A DNA stretch of 64,000 nucleotides from Takakia lepidozioides (lineage: Eukaryota; Plantae; Bryophyta). The stretch spans positions 53,196,001-53,260,000 of the forward strand of contig CM060733.1 of assembly GCA_030704615.1 (NCBI GenBank). The letters are read 5' to 3'. How positions within the stretch are numbered: position 1 is the first letter of the stretch; the number at the start of each line of letters is the position of its first letter. Position numbers and translations under genes: made by a program. Of this stretch, positions 62,208 through 64,000 are shown piece after piece. The notes beneath the pieces were generated by a model, which did not search any database, had not been told where the DNA came from, and saw only the letters and a list, made by a program, of their open reading frames with translations.

Positions 62208-62882
62208 CAGTGTTGGACTGGTAATAAGAAACTAGTATCAATACTGGAATGTATACTAGTATGAAGTAGAAGTACCAGACCGGTCTGGTACTACCTCAGG
62301 CCACTACCTAGCATATATTTGTATTGGCCTGGTATCTGCTTCCTAATACTGTGGACGATACGATGATACCCTACCAGTTGGTTAGGAGGTTGAAAATTTG
62401 GTACCTGATACCAGTACCGGATCCATTTTTGTGAGGTAAACCTGGTATCAATACTTTGAGGAACTTGAGGAATACCTTGAGGAATACAATCAATGAGAAG
62501 CATGCTTGTACACATTTATATGAGAAGTGGGCCTTCAAAGTTTAACATATCATGAGTCTTTTTGATACCAGACCAGTATTGATAATACCCTGGTATCAAT
62601 TTCAAAAAACTCTTTGTATTCTACTTAAGTATTTACTTCTTTATGTATATTTTATTTATTTTCACTTGATAGTTGCCATTTGATAAATTTGTAACTCAAG
62701 ATGGCTTTGGAATGACACCAGAGTTGATATCTCATACCAGCAATGATACTCATATTCATACCAGTATCTGGAAAAAAAATACATCCACCATTATATAGAC
62801 CAGACTGGTCTGAAAGTTTTGTGATACGCCTGGTACCAGGACCAGTCTGGTATGTAAAAAACTTGATACAACTCCAACACTG
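62208..62882. mobile_element. hAT-family MITE with perfect 8-bp TSD
   Basis: TIR CAGTGTTGGA...TCCAACACTG. TSD GTTGCTAC at 62200-62207 and 62883-62890. Subterminal TACCAG repeats. Confidence 0.92.
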
Positions 62883-63199
62883 GTTGCTACATGATGCTCG
62901 TTTCTACACCACGCTTGTCTGTACGGTGTGCTCGTTTCTATACGGTGCTCGTTTACACGGTGCTCATTTCTACATTGTGCTGGTTACTACATTGTGCTGG
63001 TTTCTACATTGTGCTTGTTATTACACTGTGCTCATTTCTACATCGTGCTTGTTACTACAGTGTGCTCGTTTCTCCATGGTGCTCGTTTCTACACGGTGCT
63101 TGTTTCTACAATGCTCGTTTTAACATGGTGCTCATTTTCTACGGTACTTATTTCTACACGTGCTTGTTTCTACACTGTCTCCATTTCCACTAAAGTCGG

Positions 63200-63330
63200 G
63201 CACTGAGCGGCTCAAGTTGCCAATTTGAGCGGCTCAAAGTCTGTCATTCAGCGACTCAAGTTGCCAACGTGAGCGGCTCAAGCCAGGCACTGAGCGTCTC
63301 AAGTTGCCAACTGTGTGACTGACTCAAGCA
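63200..63330. repeat. Short tandem repeat GAGCGGCTCAAGTTGCCAA
   Basis: About five degenerate copies. Confidence 0.8.
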
Positions 63331-64000
63331 CCGACATTATCTTAAAGTGGGTCTGATCAAAAGTTCAGTCACCATAATGTGGCCGGTCACAACTTTCCGT
63401 TTAGTGCTCTTTAGCGTACGAGCAATGGAGCCTGACATGTTAGCTTTATATATGTCTTCACCATATAATTTACAGTACATTGGGTCCATTGAAATATCAC
63501 TGTCGTCCCGCATCAATAATCTCCACGTCTTCGAAAAGCTTGATCTGATCTGTCTCTTCCTCAATTCCCAAAGCTCACAGTTGGGTAGCTTTTTTCTCAC
63601 CCCCTACTGCGGATGATAGATGGATCTGATGGTGCTTGAGAGCATCCATCGTAGAAGCTAGCTAGTGCAGCTCGCTGCCTCAATCAATCTAAATAAGACG
63701 TGAGACCAGCAGCGGCCTCGTCTGTCTGTCAATCATGCGGTACAACTTCTTCACAAGGCTTAGTAATGTACTAGGTGGATTTGAACATGACCCTTATCAT
63801 GGCCCTGGTCAAGCAGTGGGTCGGGTGTGGTTACATCGTTGCACGGGAATTCCGGAGTGAAACGGCCCCCTCCACAAACTCGTCAAGCTAAAGGAAACCA
63901 GTGCCACAAGGCATCAAGCCTCCGTCCAGTTTGGTCAACATCACACTGATCACTGATACTCATATTGCTCTCCCTCTAAGTTGCGTGCAACCTTTTTATA

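Larger units (their letters stand above)
60530..63180. repeat. ~17-bp minisatellite (GTGCTCGTTTCTACACG) in higher-order blocks
   Basis: Dozens of degenerate copies. The block tail at 61140-61400 is duplicated at 61955-62207 and partly at 63165+. Confidence 0.9.

Noticed and set aside
60356-63206. Long overlapping Cys/Leu/Phe/His-rich ORFs in all three + frames
   Set aside because: Artefact of a 17-bp minisatellite unit with no stop codon in any + frame.

Overview
Eukaryotic nuclear DNA from a land plant, most likely a moss (inference: the HD-ZIP III linker GGDESSTHGG...HGQAGLASTDTS and the ALDH10 sequence resemble bryophyte homologues as I recall them). Six apparently intact genes are present: a 15-exon ALDH10 whose intron 9 carries a 3.4-kb LINE with a 16-bp TSD; a large PLS-PPR-E-DYW RNA-editing factor; an intronless DUF1995 plastid protein; an 18-exon class III HD-ZIP with a miR165/166 site; a Rossmann-fold/NAD-epimerase-like gene with a U12 AT-AC intron; and RPS15, head-to-head with it. 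There is also a decayed PPR-DYW cluster, and both ends of the window are TE-rich (long inverted repeats, starch synthase VI and RLE-retrotransposon fragments, hAT MITEs, tRNA-derived SINEs, minisatellites). The most striking observation is that the PPR-DYW ORF begins at a splice acceptor. Two upstream in-phase exons encode PDF motifs (LW..F.NP..WWDNR...PDFKHK...ALWI), the ssDNA-binding module of plant organellar OSB proteins. This gives a candidate PDF-PPR-DYW fusion of about 1431 aa, and a further PDF half-motif in the neighbouring pseudogene suggests a gene family. All exon coordinates were read by hand and no database searches were run.
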